Source: Christensenellales bacterium (lineage in GTDB: Bacteria; Bacillota; Clostridia; Christensenellales; JBMNTT01). From it: a stretch of DNA of 64,000 nt. The notes under the pieces are model-generated. The model searched no databases and was not told where the DNA came from. It saw only the letters and a program-made list of their open reading frames with translations. Shown one piece after another: positions 26,410 through 35,014 of the stretch. Positions within the stretch are counted from its first letter, which is position 1, and each line of letters begins with the position of its first letter. The position numbers and the translations under genes were made by a program. Location: NCBI GenBank assembly GCA_050945875.1, contig JBMNTT010000003.1, forward strand, positions 47,133 to 111,132, read 5' to 3'.

Positions 26410-26967
26410 TTGAAAAGAGACGTGATTGCCGTGTCCCTCTTGTTTTTTGCGGCCATTTTCGGCTGCGGCGTTTTTGTCGCGTTCAAACGGTCGTCCCCGC
26501 GTCACAAGACTTTGGCATTGGTGCTGTTGCTGGTTGTCGCCCTGTTGGCAGGTTGTACACAAACGGCTTCACCATCCCCCTCCTCGGCCGCGCATAGCGC
26601 AGCCTTCACCCTCTCCCCTACGGTCTCCGCCACCCCCGCGGTCAAGCCCTCCCCGACCCTAGTACCCACCGCCAAACCCACGCCGACAACCACGGTCAGC
26701 CCCACGCCGACCGTGACACCCACGCCGACCCCCGCTCCCACCGCTAAGCCAACGCCGAAACCGACGGAAAAGCCTACGCCCGAGCCCACCGTCGAGGCCG
26801 AGGTCCGTGAACCCATCGGCGAGGTTGTCTACATCGCCCCCTACAGCGGCACCAAGTACCACCGCAGCGCGAACTGTCGCTCCCTCAAGCGCGCGCGCAG
26901 CGTTGAGTCCCTGACCCGCTCCGAGGCCGAAGATCAAGGCTACGATCCCTGCAAAATTTGCTACTAA
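26410..26967 (+). CDS. membrane-anchored hypothetical protein: Pro/Thr-rich linker plus C-terminal His/Cys motif domain
   Basis: It has an N-terminal TM segment (lipobox-like LLAGCT), a (P/T/A/K)-rich tract, and a C-terminus reading YIAPYSGTKYHRSANCRSLKRARSVESLTRSEAEDQGYDPCKICY. The start uses a non-ATG codon according to the ORF track. Confidence 0.55.
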   Translation: MKRDVIAVSLLFFAAIFGCGVFVAFKRSSPRHKTLALVLLLVVALLAGCTQTASPSPSSAAHSAAFTLSPTVSATPAVKPSPTLVPTAKPTPTTTVSPTPTVTPTPTPAPTAKPTPKPTEKPTPEPTVEAEVREPIGEVVYIAPYSGTKYHRSANCRSLKRARSVESLTRSEAEDQGYDPCKICY

Positions 26968-26973
26968 ATACGC

Positions 26974-27005
26974 GAAAGAGCCGCCTAGAGGCGGCTCTCC
27001 TTTTT
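26974..27005. terminator. bidirectional intrinsic terminator
   Basis: The hairpin AGAGCCGCC-UAGA-GGCGGCUCU is followed by a U-run. Confidence 0.8.
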
Positions 27006-27582
27006 ATGGGAGCACCACGTCCTCCAGGCTGCGCTTCGGGACATAGTGCACATCCTCGCCATCGCGGTAGTAGTCGGTGTTTCCGTCCGGCCCCACGCAG
27101 GTGAGCACCACGGTCTCATCGGGCTCGCCAATGGCGACCACCAACACCGGCGCGATGGTCTCCGACAGATTCAGGGCCTGCTGAATCGCCCGCGCGCTAA
27201 AATTGCCGATCATGCAACCGCCCAGGCCCATCTCAGTGGCCTTGAGCAGCAGGGTCTGGGCGACGATACCCACATCCTTCTGAAAGCGCGGCAGCGCGTC
27301 ACTGATCGATAGGTCCTGGCAGATGACGATGAACGCCGTCGGGCAGTGCCCAGGATGGGGCAGCTGCATGGGTTGCAGCGCCCGCGCCCAATGGGTCAGC
27401 GGTTGGATGCGCCGCACCACATCCTCCTCGTAGGCCAAAAAGTACTTCAGCGGCTGCACATTGACGCTCGAGGGCGCCAAGCGGGCGCAATCCACCATCT
27501 GCAGCAGTTCCTCTCGAGACACCCGGCGGCGCTCGTCGTAGCCGCGATAACTGCGGTTTTTGCGGACCAAGGTATCGATCAT
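27004..27582 (-). CDS. nitroreductase family protein
   Basis: The start is the internal Met MIDTLVRKNRSYRGYDERR (AAAGGAGG RBS). It contains ARLAPSSVNVQP, which fits the nitroreductase fold. Confidence 0.75.
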   Translation of the reverse strand: MIDTLVRKNRSYRGYDERRRVSREELLQMVDCARLAPSSVNVQPLKYFLAYEEDVVRRIQPLTHWARALQPMQLPHPGHCPTAFIVICQDLSISDALPRFQKDVGIVAQTLLLKATEMGLGGCMIGNFSARAIQQALNLSETIAPVLVVAIGEPDETVVLTCVGPDGNTDYYRDGEDVHYVPKRSLEDVVLP

Positions 27583-27598
27583 GGGGTTCGCTCCTCCT

Positions 27599-28306
27599 TT
27601 ACACGGACGCTCGCGCATGGGTCAGGTCGTCATCACGCCAGCGGTAGAGCGCACGCTGGATAAAATAGATGTAGGGGATGCCCGGATTGGTTTCCAGCAG
27701 AGAGTTGACCACCAGCGGTCCCCAGCCCGGCGCGCGAATCCCAGCGATCAGCAGCACCGCCTCCCAGGCGAACTGCACCAGGATACCGATGGCCAACAGC
27801 CACAGCAGTGGAATCTTCCGCTCGGGTCGGCGCATGTTGGCGTGAACCGCAGCGTCGCCATCACCCCGTGGTAGGCGCCAGTGCCCCTGATAATGGCAAT
27901 CTGTGGCCAACCCGAGCCGAAATTTTGGCTCAACAGCGCCACCGTCAACCAGCCGGCGACGATCAGCACGGACCACTCCTTCAGGCGCTTATCTCGCCTG
28001 AGCCACAGCAAATCCACACAAAATTGGTGTAGCCATAGCTCATGCTCAGCCACAGCAGCAATAGCGCCGGGTTTGCCCCGATCACCTGCCGCGTGCCCAG
28101 GGCCAAGTAGCATACGCCATAGAGTCCACGGCAAAATACAGCGCCCCGCCAAACAGGCCGAAGAGAAACGTCATGCGCCGTTTTCGCAGCAACAACTCGC
28201 CGAGCATCGCCCGAAATACGACGTCCAAGCAGATATACAGTCCATTGAGTTCCCGAGCCGGAATGACCTCCATATCCCGCGCTTCATTTTCTATCTCTCT
28301 CAGCAT
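27599..28306 (-). pseudogene. multi-pass membrane protein gene disrupted by three frameshifts
   Basis: Hydrophobic, membrane-like reading continues across four consecutive frames: ...FGLFGGALYFAVDSMAY | LALGTRQVIGANPALLLLWLSMSYGYTNFVW | LLWLRRDKRLKEWSVLIVAGWLTVALLSQNFGSGWPQIAII... | ...RKIPLLWLLAIGILVQFAWEAVLLIAG.... I do not recognise the family. Confidence 0.6.
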
Positions 28307-28552
28307 ACCACATCTGAGTGGGTTTGTAGAGCTGTACGGCCCAAATAAAGAGGGCGCCCTGTAGAGCGCCCTCCGGCAAGCGTTACCGTCAGGGTTGATC
28401 CCCCGGCAGCACATCCAGGTACAGAGCAGGTCGATGAGCCGGTCATCGGGATGGAGGCGTTTTTTGCAACCAGCCGCTCACACGGACGTTGTCCACGCAC
28501 GGCTCCTCCAGCTGGCGCAATCAGTTGGACGAAGGCAACGCCTCCTGTCATA

Positions 28553-29398
28553 TCAAAGGGGCAGCCAAGCCAGGGCTTTTTGGATATGGTGATCCCAGTA
28601 AGCCCACTCGTGGACGCCCGGGGCCTCATAGTAGGTGTGCCGCACGCCCAGCTCATCCAGCAGCGCGTGGTAGCGCCGGTTGGGGTCCAGGGCGAAATCC
28701 TCGGTGCCGCAGGTCATGAAAATTTCAGGCATCGGCGCGCCTCGCTCCACCCTGTCGCGGGTTAGGTTGAAGAGGTTATCCTCCTTGGAGGCCGCAAAGG
28801 CCTTGGGGGAGCCGAAGTTGAGGAAAAACTGCAGGCAGCGCTGATAGGTTTTGGCGTCCATGGACTCACGGCGCGCGGCCAAAGCCTCGATGCCGTCGCA
28901 GTCCAGCGCCGCCTCGGGCAGCATGCTCAACCGGTCGCATCCCGCGCTCAGGCCGATTGCATGGCTGAAGCGGTCGCCGCAGCGGATGCCGATCTTCAGC
29001 GCGCCGTATCCGCCCATGCTCAGCCCGCCGATGAAGTTCTTCTCCCGGGCCGCGCTGATGGGGAAATAGGTCTGGCAGAGCGCAGGGACCTCCTGGGCGA
29101 TATAGTCGAAATAGGCGTAGCCGTACTGCTGGTTGGTGTAGGCCGCCAGATGGGTGCAGGGCATCACCACCGCCAGCTTCTTGTCCGCGACGTACCGCTC
29201 GATGCTGGTGCGTCGCTGCCAGATGGTCTGGTCGTCAGTGGTGCCGTGCAGCAGGTAGAGCGCCGCTAGCTCCTCCCGGCCGTCCCAGCCGCCCTTGGTG
29301 TCCACGCCCACACCCTGCTGCTTCTCCGGCAGGATGACCTCCAGCTCCATCCCCATGCCCAAGGTCTGCGAAAAAGAGTTCAGTCGAATCAGCGCCAT
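28553..29398 (-). CDS. putative esterase (esterase D / tributyrin esterase-like alpha/beta hydrolase)
   Basis: LYLLHGTTDDQTIW and GLSMGGYGAL are present. It is a paralogue of 17476..18243. Confidence 0.75.
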   Translation of the reverse strand: MALIRLNSFSQTLGMGMELEVILPEKQQGVGVDTKGGWDGREELAALYLLHGTTDDQTIWQRRTSIERYVADKKLAVVMPCTHLAAYTNQQYGYAYFDYIAQEVPALCQTYFPISAAREKNFIGGLSMGGYGALKIGIRCGDRFSHAIGLSAGCDRLSMLPEAALDCDGIEALAARRESMDAKTYQRCLQFFLNFGSPKAFAASKEDNLFNLTRDRVERGAPMPEIFMTCGTEDFALDPNRRYHALLDELGVRHTYYEAPGVHEWAYWDHHIQKALAWLPL

Positions 29399-29423
29399 GA
29401 GGCTCCCTCCTATTCATCGTCGA

Positions 29424-29456
29424 AGCAAAGTCCCGCAGGCATACACCTGCGGGACC
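29424..29456 (-). terminator. intrinsic terminator after the prs-isomerase-oxidoreductase operon
   Basis: The hairpin GUCCCGCAGG-loop-CCUGCGGGAC is followed by UUUGCUU on the minus strand. Confidence 0.7.
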
Positions 29457-29466
29457 AGCATTTGGA

Positions 29467-30522
29467 TCAGTCTTCCAGATAGACCTCGCGGCCCTCCTTG
29501 GCGGACAGGTAGATCGCGTCGAGGATTTTCATCAGCTCCACGCCGTCCTGACCAGGGTTGCGGCAGGGCTTGCCGGTCTGGATGCACTCGATGAAGTGAG
29601 CAATCTCCTTGTCGAAGGCCGCGCCCACGTCCTCGCCATCCACCACCGGGGACAGGTCGGTCATGTAATCGCCCCGGCTGCTCATCAGCTTGATGTAGGG
29701 CTCGGCGACCGCACCGCCCTTGCTGCCGAACATCTCGAAATAGGTGCGCTCGTTGTCGGTGTCCAGGGTCCAGCTGACCTCGACGTTCAGGATCGCGCCG
29801 TTGTCAAAGCGCACCAGCGCGGTGGCGGCGTCCTCCACGTCGCAGAAACCGTCGTAATCCTGGCTCTTGTACCAGCTCACGCCCTTGGTGTTGGCCTTGG
29901 AACCGATCTTGTTGAAGGTGGCCGCCGAGACCGACACGGCCTTGGGCTTGCCCAGCAGATAACGGGCCTCGTCGACCATGTGCACGCTCAGGTCGATGAC
30001 CGGGCCGCCACCGGAGCGCTTGCTGTTGGAGAACCAGCCGCCGGGGTTGCCGCAGCGGCGGATGCAGCCGGTGCGCACCCAGTAGATGTCGCCCAGATCG
30101 CCGTTGTCCACCGCGTCCTTGACAAAGATCGTGCCCTCGAAGAAGCGGCGCACGAAGCCCACCATCAGCAGCTTGCCGCTCTGCTTTTCGGCCTCGACCA
30201 TCAGCTGTGCCTGCTTGGCGCTCATGGCCAGGGGCTTCTCGCAGAGCACGTTGACCCCCGCCTGCAGGGCGGCAATGCTGGCCTCGGCGTGAGCATTGTT
30301 CCAGCAGGTGACGCTGACCGCATCGAGCTGCTCCTTGGCGAGCATCTCCTTCAGGTCGGTGTACACGCCGGGCGCGCCGTACTTGTCGGCCGCCTTCTGG
30401 GCGCGCTCCCGGTTGAGGTCGCAAATCGCCTGGATTTTGACCTGGGGCAACTGGGCATAGCCATGCAGATGGTTACCGCTGATGGAGCCCGCGCCGATGA
30501 TGCCTACTTTGAGTTGTTCCAT
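29467..30522 (-). CDS. Gfo/Idh/MocA family oxidoreductase
   Basis: The N-terminal Rossmann motif is LKVGIIGAGSISGNH. At 351 aa, the length and layout are typical of the family. Confidence 0.85.
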   Translation of the reverse strand: MEQLKVGIIGAGSISGNHLHGYAQLPQVKIQAICDLNRERAQKAADKYGAPGVYTDLKEMLAKEQLDAVSVTCWNNAHAEASIAALQAGVNVLCEKPLAMSAKQAQLMVEAEKQSGKLLMVGFVRRFFEGTIFVKDAVDNGDLGDIYWVRTGCIRRCGNPGGWFSNSKRSGGGPVIDLSVHMVDEARYLLGKPKAVSVSAATFNKIGSKANTKGVSWYKSQDYDGFCDVEDAATALVRFDNGAILNVEVSWTLDTDNERTYFEMFGSKGGAVAEPYIKLMSSRGDYMTDLSPVVDGEDVGAAFDKEIAHFIECIQTGKPCRNPGQDGVELMKILDAIYLSAKEGREVYLED

Positions 30523-30550
30523 GGTGTCGTTCCTCCTTGCGCAAACGCGC

Positions 30551-31414
30551 TTATTGCATAAGTCCCTTCAGGAAGCCCACGGCAGCTCGGATATCCCCCT
30601 CGGGGTCCTCGCCCACCTCGCGCTCGATGGTCAGATAGCCCGCGTAGCCGATATCCTCCAGGGCCTTGAGCCAACCGGGATAGTCCACCTGGCCCTGACC
30701 CAGGGGCACCTCGCGGAAGAAGTCCTTGTCGCTGATGCCCTCGATGCCCTCGCCGGCAAACATGTCATAGATGACCTCCGGGTCGCTCTTTTGGAGCATA
30801 ACGCCATCCTTGGCGTGGGTGTGCACGATCCAGTCGCCCAGCAGACGGGTGCCGGCCACCGGGTCATCCCCGGAGACCATGACCAGGTTGGCGGGGTCCA
30901 GGTTGACCCGCACGCCCCGGGTGCCCAGGGACTCCAAAAAGGTCTTCAGCCGCGCGCAGGGTTCCGGTCCGGTCTCGATGGCAAAGAATGCGCCCACGCT
31001 CTCGGCGTACTCGCCCAGGGCGCGGCAGGCCTGCTGCAGCACCGCGTAGCGCGGATGGTTGGGATCGGCGGGGATAACGCCGATATGGGTGGTGATCACG
31101 TCGCATCCCAGGTCCTTCGCTAGATCGACGATGCGGCAGGAGCACTCGATGCGGGCGGGATTGTCGCCCGCCACGGCAAATCCATGGCCGCCCAGGTCCC
31201 CGCACAGGGCGGAGATCGTCAGGCCCTCATCCGAGAGCAGCTTGCGGATGTCGGCGCGCTTGGCGCGGTCGAGGTTCTCGGGGGCCATCTCGCCGCCGGT
31301 GGCATAGACCTGCAGCCCGCTCACGCCGACCTGGGCGGCCTTGCGCACACCCTGGGCAAAGGGCAGGCGGAAGGAATCCACCAGCACGCCAATGGGGAAC
31401 TGTCTCATGAACAT
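30551..31414 (-). CDS. sugar phosphate isomerase/epimerase (xylose isomerase-like TIM barrel, AP_endonuc_2 family)
   Basis: The 287-aa protein carries family-like metal-ligand patterns (...FAIETGPE..., ...HTHAKDG..., ...YLTIERE...). Confidence 0.75.
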   Translation of the reverse strand: MFMRQFPIGVLVDSFRLPFAQGVRKAAQVGVSGLQVYATGGEMAPENLDRAKRADIRKLLSDEGLTISALCGDLGGHGFAVAGDNPARIECSCRIVDLAKDLGCDVITTHIGVIPADPNHPRYAVLQQACRALGEYAESVGAFFAIETGPEPCARLKTFLESLGTRGVRVNLDPANLVMVSGDDPVAGTRLLGDWIVHTHAKDGVMLQKSDPEVIYDMFAGEGIEGISDKDFFREVPLGQGQVDYPGWLKALEDIGYAGYLTIEREVGEDPEGDIRAAVGFLKGLMQ

Positions 31415-31427
31415 ATCCTCCTTATGA

Positions 31428-32417
31428 TCACAGCATGGTCAGCTGTCGCTGAATCACCCGGTCGGGCACCCGCTGATAGAGGGGGCTGACCGCCTCGCCC
31501 TCATGCATCCGGGCCACCGCCTCGGCAAACAGAGGCGCTACCGAGAGCACCTCGAACTTGGCATGCCCGCAGGCATTGGGGTTGTAGAGCGAGTCGGTGA
31601 CGATAACGCGCTCGATGGGGCTCTCGTCCAGGCGCGCCACCCCCGCCCCAGTCACCACATTGTGGGACAGACAGGCCATAATCCGGCCCGCGCCCCGGCG
31701 CTTGAGACCCCGGGCCAGGTTGACCAGGGTGCCCCCGGAGATCGTGAAATCGTCCACCACCAGGCAGTTTTTCCCGGCCACCTCGCCGATGATCTCCAAC
31801 ACCTCGGCCTTCTCATCGTGGGCATAGCGCGCCTTGTCGCCGATGGCCACCGAGCAACCCAGATAATCCGCGAACCGGCGGGCATCCTTGGCAAAGCCCG
31901 CGTCGGGCGAGACCACCACCAGGTTTTCCACCTGCAGGGTCTTCACGTACTCGCACAGGATCGGTCGGGCGAACAGGTGGATGACCGGCTTTTTGAAGAA
32001 GCCCTGGATCTGCGGGGCGTGCAGGTCCATGCAGACCACCCGATCCGCGCCCGCCGCCTCGATGCCCTCGGCGCAAACCCGGGCGCGGATGGACACCCGG
32101 GGCTCATCCTTCTTATCCCCCTTGGCGTAGCCAAAGTAGGGCAAAATCAGGGTAACCATCCCCGCCCCCGCTCGCTGAAAGGCGTCCATCCAGAACATGA
32201 TCTCCACCAGATCGTCGTTGGGCGACAGCCCGATGGGCTGCACCAAGTACACGTCCTTGTCGCGCACGGTCTCCCCGATGCGCACGAAGGTGTTGCCCTC
32301 GGAGAACTGGATGGTTTCGGATCGGCCTAACTTGACGCCCAGATACTGGCACATGGCTTGGGCAAAGCGCACCCCCGAACTGCCAGCAAAGACCTTGAGC
32401 TCTCCCGTGGTATGCAT
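31428..32417 (-). CDS. prs: ribose-phosphate pyrophosphokinase family protein (divergent)
   Basis: It aligns along its full length with Prs (LKVFAGSS..., MDLHAPQIQGFF, VVSPDAGF, LVVDDFTISGGT). The loops differ from canonical Prs: YFGYAKGDKKDEPR and DKARYAHDEKAEV. Confidence 0.75.
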   Translation of the reverse strand: MHTTGELKVFAGSSGVRFAQAMCQYLGVKLGRSETIQFSEGNTFVRIGETVRDKDVYLVQPIGLSPNDDLVEIMFWMDAFQRAGAGMVTLILPYFGYAKGDKKDEPRVSIRARVCAEGIEAAGADRVVCMDLHAPQIQGFFKKPVIHLFARPILCEYVKTLQVENLVVVSPDAGFAKDARRFADYLGCSVAIGDKARYAHDEKAEVLEIIGEVAGKNCLVVDDFTISGGTLVNLARGLKRRGAGRIMACLSHNVVTGAGVARLDESPIERVIVTDSLYNPNACGHAKFEVLSVAPLFAEAVARMHEGEAVSPLYQRVPDRVIQRQLTML

Positions 32418-32497
32418 GACGACTCCCCCTTCTTCGGCCCGCGCGGGCCTATCCTCAGTGTTGAATACACATCGCCTGCATCCAATTGGGTCCTTCC

Positions 32498-34015
32498 TCA
32501 GTCCGCCACGTTGTAATCATCCGGCGAGGGCGTCTCCCGAGGCGGCTCGGTGCTGGAGGGCGTCTGGCCGCCCCGCTCCTTGACGCCGACATAGATTTTG
32601 CCCACCACCGACTCGTAGTGGTCGTCCTGGATGAGATCGCGCTTGATCTCCTCGCCGTTTTCATTCTTGTAAACCTTGTAGCTGCGCGCCCACACATCCT
32701 TGCGCGAGGCGATGGCCACAAAAGATTCGTCGGTGTAGGTGACGTACTTGCCCTCGGTATCCTTGATGATCTCGGCCTTGGGCACCTCGCTCTCCTGGTA
32801 GATCTCGTTCTCCAGGCTGATCTTGTAGGGCAAGGGCGAGCCGTAGATGATCACCACGGCCTCCTCGGCGGTGATATAGGCGCGGATGTAAATGGGATTG
32901 TCCTGGGTGTTCTCAAAGATGAAATCCGCCGAGCCGAAGCTGACCGAAGCATCCAACCCTGCGGGCGCGTAGCTCAGGGGGAAGGAATGATGATGCCGCT
33001 CGACGATCTTCAGGTCGCTCTTGAGCACCGCGTTGTACAGGGTGGTCGACGACTGGCAGACGCCGCCGCCCAGATCGTTGGTGACGCTCTTGTCGGCGTT
33101 GATAACCGGTGCCTCCTGATAACCGTTCTCCGCGGTGCGCTCGCCGGTGGCGGTGTTGAAGCTCAGCCGTTCGCCGGGCTGCAGCACCGTGCCGTTAATC
33201 GCGGCCAGGGATTTTTTGATATTGTTGGTGCGCTTCTTGTTGTCCGTCAGCTCCGTGGCGGCATAAGCGATGCGCTTGGTGGTTCCCTCGAGCATCTCCA
33301 CGGTGGTGGTGGGCGCCACCTCGTGGAACCCAATCTGCACCTGCGCCTGGCTATCGGGCGCGAAATCCTCCCTGATGGCCGCGAGCACCTCGTCGACATC
33401 GATCTGGTAACCGATGGACTCCCGCTCATAGTCGAAGACTTCCGCCGCGTCGGGGGTAAAGGTCACTTGCGCCTGCTTGACCGGCACATCGTGCGCCTGT
33501 TTGATTTGTTCCAGCTCGGGCCGCAGCGCGTCCAGGTTGTAGGTGAGCTCCGTGGTCAGGGCCAACCCTTCGCGCTTGACCTTGGCAATCTGCCCGCTGC
33601 GGTAGAAGATGCCGCCCTCTCGGCCATGGGTGAAGGCCCGATCCACCACTTGCTCGACGTTGGCCGCCCCCTCCAGGGCGCGCCAGTCGAAGCTCCAGGT
33701 ATCCTCCTTGCCTTCCAGGGTCAGGGTTACCCGGGCTTGATCGAGCTTACCCTGCGCCTGGGCCTTCACCGCCTGGGTCGCTTCCTCCCGTGTCATGGCG
33801 GACACGTCGATCCCATCGATGGTGACGCCGGGATAGGCTGTCAGCCGCTCCGAAAATCCCACCCGGCTGTAGGCCACCAGCAGGCAGATCAGAAAAACCA
33901 GGAGGGCCGCCCCCGCCACCAAGATGCCCACGCGCACCAGCATCTGGGAGGGCGTGCGCTTGATCCGATAGCGCACCTTGCGCTTGGGCGGCCGATGATA
34001 GCGTTTATTTGCCAA
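32498..34015 (-). CDS. VanW family protein (N-terminal TM anchor, VanW domain, C-terminal extension)
   Basis: The sequence contains ...GGGVCQSSTTLYNAVLKSDLKIVERHHHS..., the VanW core. The stop of the upstream PHP gene lies 2 nt before this gene's start. Confidence 0.8.
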   Translation of the reverse strand: MANKRYHRPPKRKVRYRIKRTPSQMLVRVGILVAGAALLVFLICLLVAYSRVGFSERLTAYPGVTIDGIDVSAMTREEATQAVKAQAQGKLDQARVTLTLEGKEDTWSFDWRALEGAANVEQVVDRAFTHGREGGIFYRSGQIAKVKREGLALTTELTYNLDALRPELEQIKQAHDVPVKQAQVTFTPDAAEVFDYERESIGYQIDVDEVLAAIREDFAPDSQAQVQIGFHEVAPTTTVEMLEGTTKRIAYAATELTDNKKRTNNIKKSLAAINGTVLQPGERLSFNTATGERTAENGYQEAPVINADKSVTNDLGGGVCQSSTTLYNAVLKSDLKIVERHHHSFPLSYAPAGLDASVSFGSADFIFENTQDNPIYIRAYITAEEAVVIIYGSPLPYKISLENEIYQESEVPKAEIIKDTEGKYVTYTDESFVAIASRKDVWARSYKVYKNENGEEIKRDLIQDDHYESVVGKIYVGVKERGGQTPSSTEPPRETPSPDDYNVAD

Positions 34016-34017
34016 AG

Positions 34018-34881
34018 TTACACCTCAATATGCTTGTTCAATTGCGCAGCGCGCATCGCATCCTCCAGACGGGCGACGTCCGCCCACTGCTCGGCCCAGT
34101 ATCGCCCGCCGTCGCCCAGCTGCACATCGGGACGGTTTTCCCCATGAAAATCGCTTCCGCCGGTGACCAGCAGACCCATTCGCTGCGCCAGGGCCCGCAG
34201 GGCGCGGCACTGCTGCTGAGTGTGGCTCCAATAGTAGGCCTCGATGCCCGCCAGACCCTCGCGCTGCATCTCGGCAATCAGGGAGGTCATCAGCGGCATG
34301 GACAGCTCCATCTGATAGGGATGGGCCAACACCGCCAACCCGCCGGCGCCGCGAATCAGGCCGATCGCCTGGGCGCAGGTCATCTTGGGGCGCGGGACAT
34401 AGCAGGGCTTGCCGATGGCGAGATATTTGGAAAACGCCTCGGCGATGGAGGCGACATAACCCGCCCGCACCATCGCCTGGGCGATGTGGGAGCGGCTTAG
34501 GATATCCCCCTTGGCAAAGGCCTGCACCGCTTCCAAGGGCAGGGGCATGCCCGCCCGGGATAGGTTCTCGAGGATGACCGGCGTGCGCTGCCGCCGCTGG
34601 TCCTTGAACGCCTCCAACGCGGCTTTCAGCTCCGGCGCCTCCGGGTCGATGCCCAATCCCAAAATGTGAATCTCCCGCTGGGCCGTGGCGCTCAACTCCA
34701 CCCCCGGGATGATCCGCACGCCCAATCGCGCCCCGGCGGCCATGCCCTCGGGCAGACCGTCCACCGTATCATGGTCGGTGATCGCCAGCGCCTCCAGATG
34801 GGCCCGCGCCGCCCGCTCAACGAGCTGCGCCGGGGTACAGGTTCCATCCGAAGCCTGGGTATGGCTGTGTAAATCCACCAT
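34018..34881 (-). CDS. PHP domain-containing metal-dependent phosphoesterase
   Basis: The start is MVDLHSHTQASDGTCTP (GGAGG RBS), rather than the TTG at 34905 used in the track. Confidence 0.8.
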   Translation of the reverse strand: MVDLHSHTQASDGTCTPAQLVERAARAHLEALAITDHDTVDGLPEGMAAGARLGVRIIPGVELSATAQREIHILGLGIDPEAPELKAALEAFKDQRRQRTPVILENLSRAGMPLPLEAVQAFAKGDILSRSHIAQAMVRAGYVASIAEAFSKYLAIGKPCYVPRPKMTCAQAIGLIRGAGGLAVLAHPYQMELSMPLMTSLIAEMQREGLAGIEAYYWSHTQQQCRALRALAQRMGLLVTGGSDFHGENRPDVQLGDGGRYWAEQWADVARLEDAMRAAQLNKHIEV

Positions 34882-34910
34882 CTTGGGGGCACCTCCGTCA
34901 GTCAATACAT

Positions 34911-34939
34911 ATTATAGTGGATATGCGCCGAATACACAA
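34911..34939 (-). promoter_or_regulatory. promoter TTGTGT-17-TATAAT for the PHP-vanW unit
   Basis: Hexamers were read on the minus strand. Confidence 0.45.
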
Positions 34940-34973
34940 CGCAGTTTCGGAGAATTAGCACTTTTGTCATATT

Positions 34974-35007
34974 CAAAAAAAGCGTCCGATCCTCTGGATC
35001 GGACGCT
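34974..35007 (-). terminator. intrinsic terminator after ftsH
   Basis: The hairpin AGCGUCCGAUCC-loop-GGAUCGGACGCU is followed by U7 on the minus strand. Confidence 0.8.
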
Positions 35008-35014
35008 CATGGGA

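Noticed and set aside
26640-26800. The repetitive ACGCCGAC/CCCACGCC-type DNA could be a tandem repeat or array.
   Set aside because: It is the coding sequence of a Pro/Thr/Ala/Lys low-complexity linker inside ORF 26410..26967. There is no fixed repeat unit or spacer structure, so it is not CRISPR-like.
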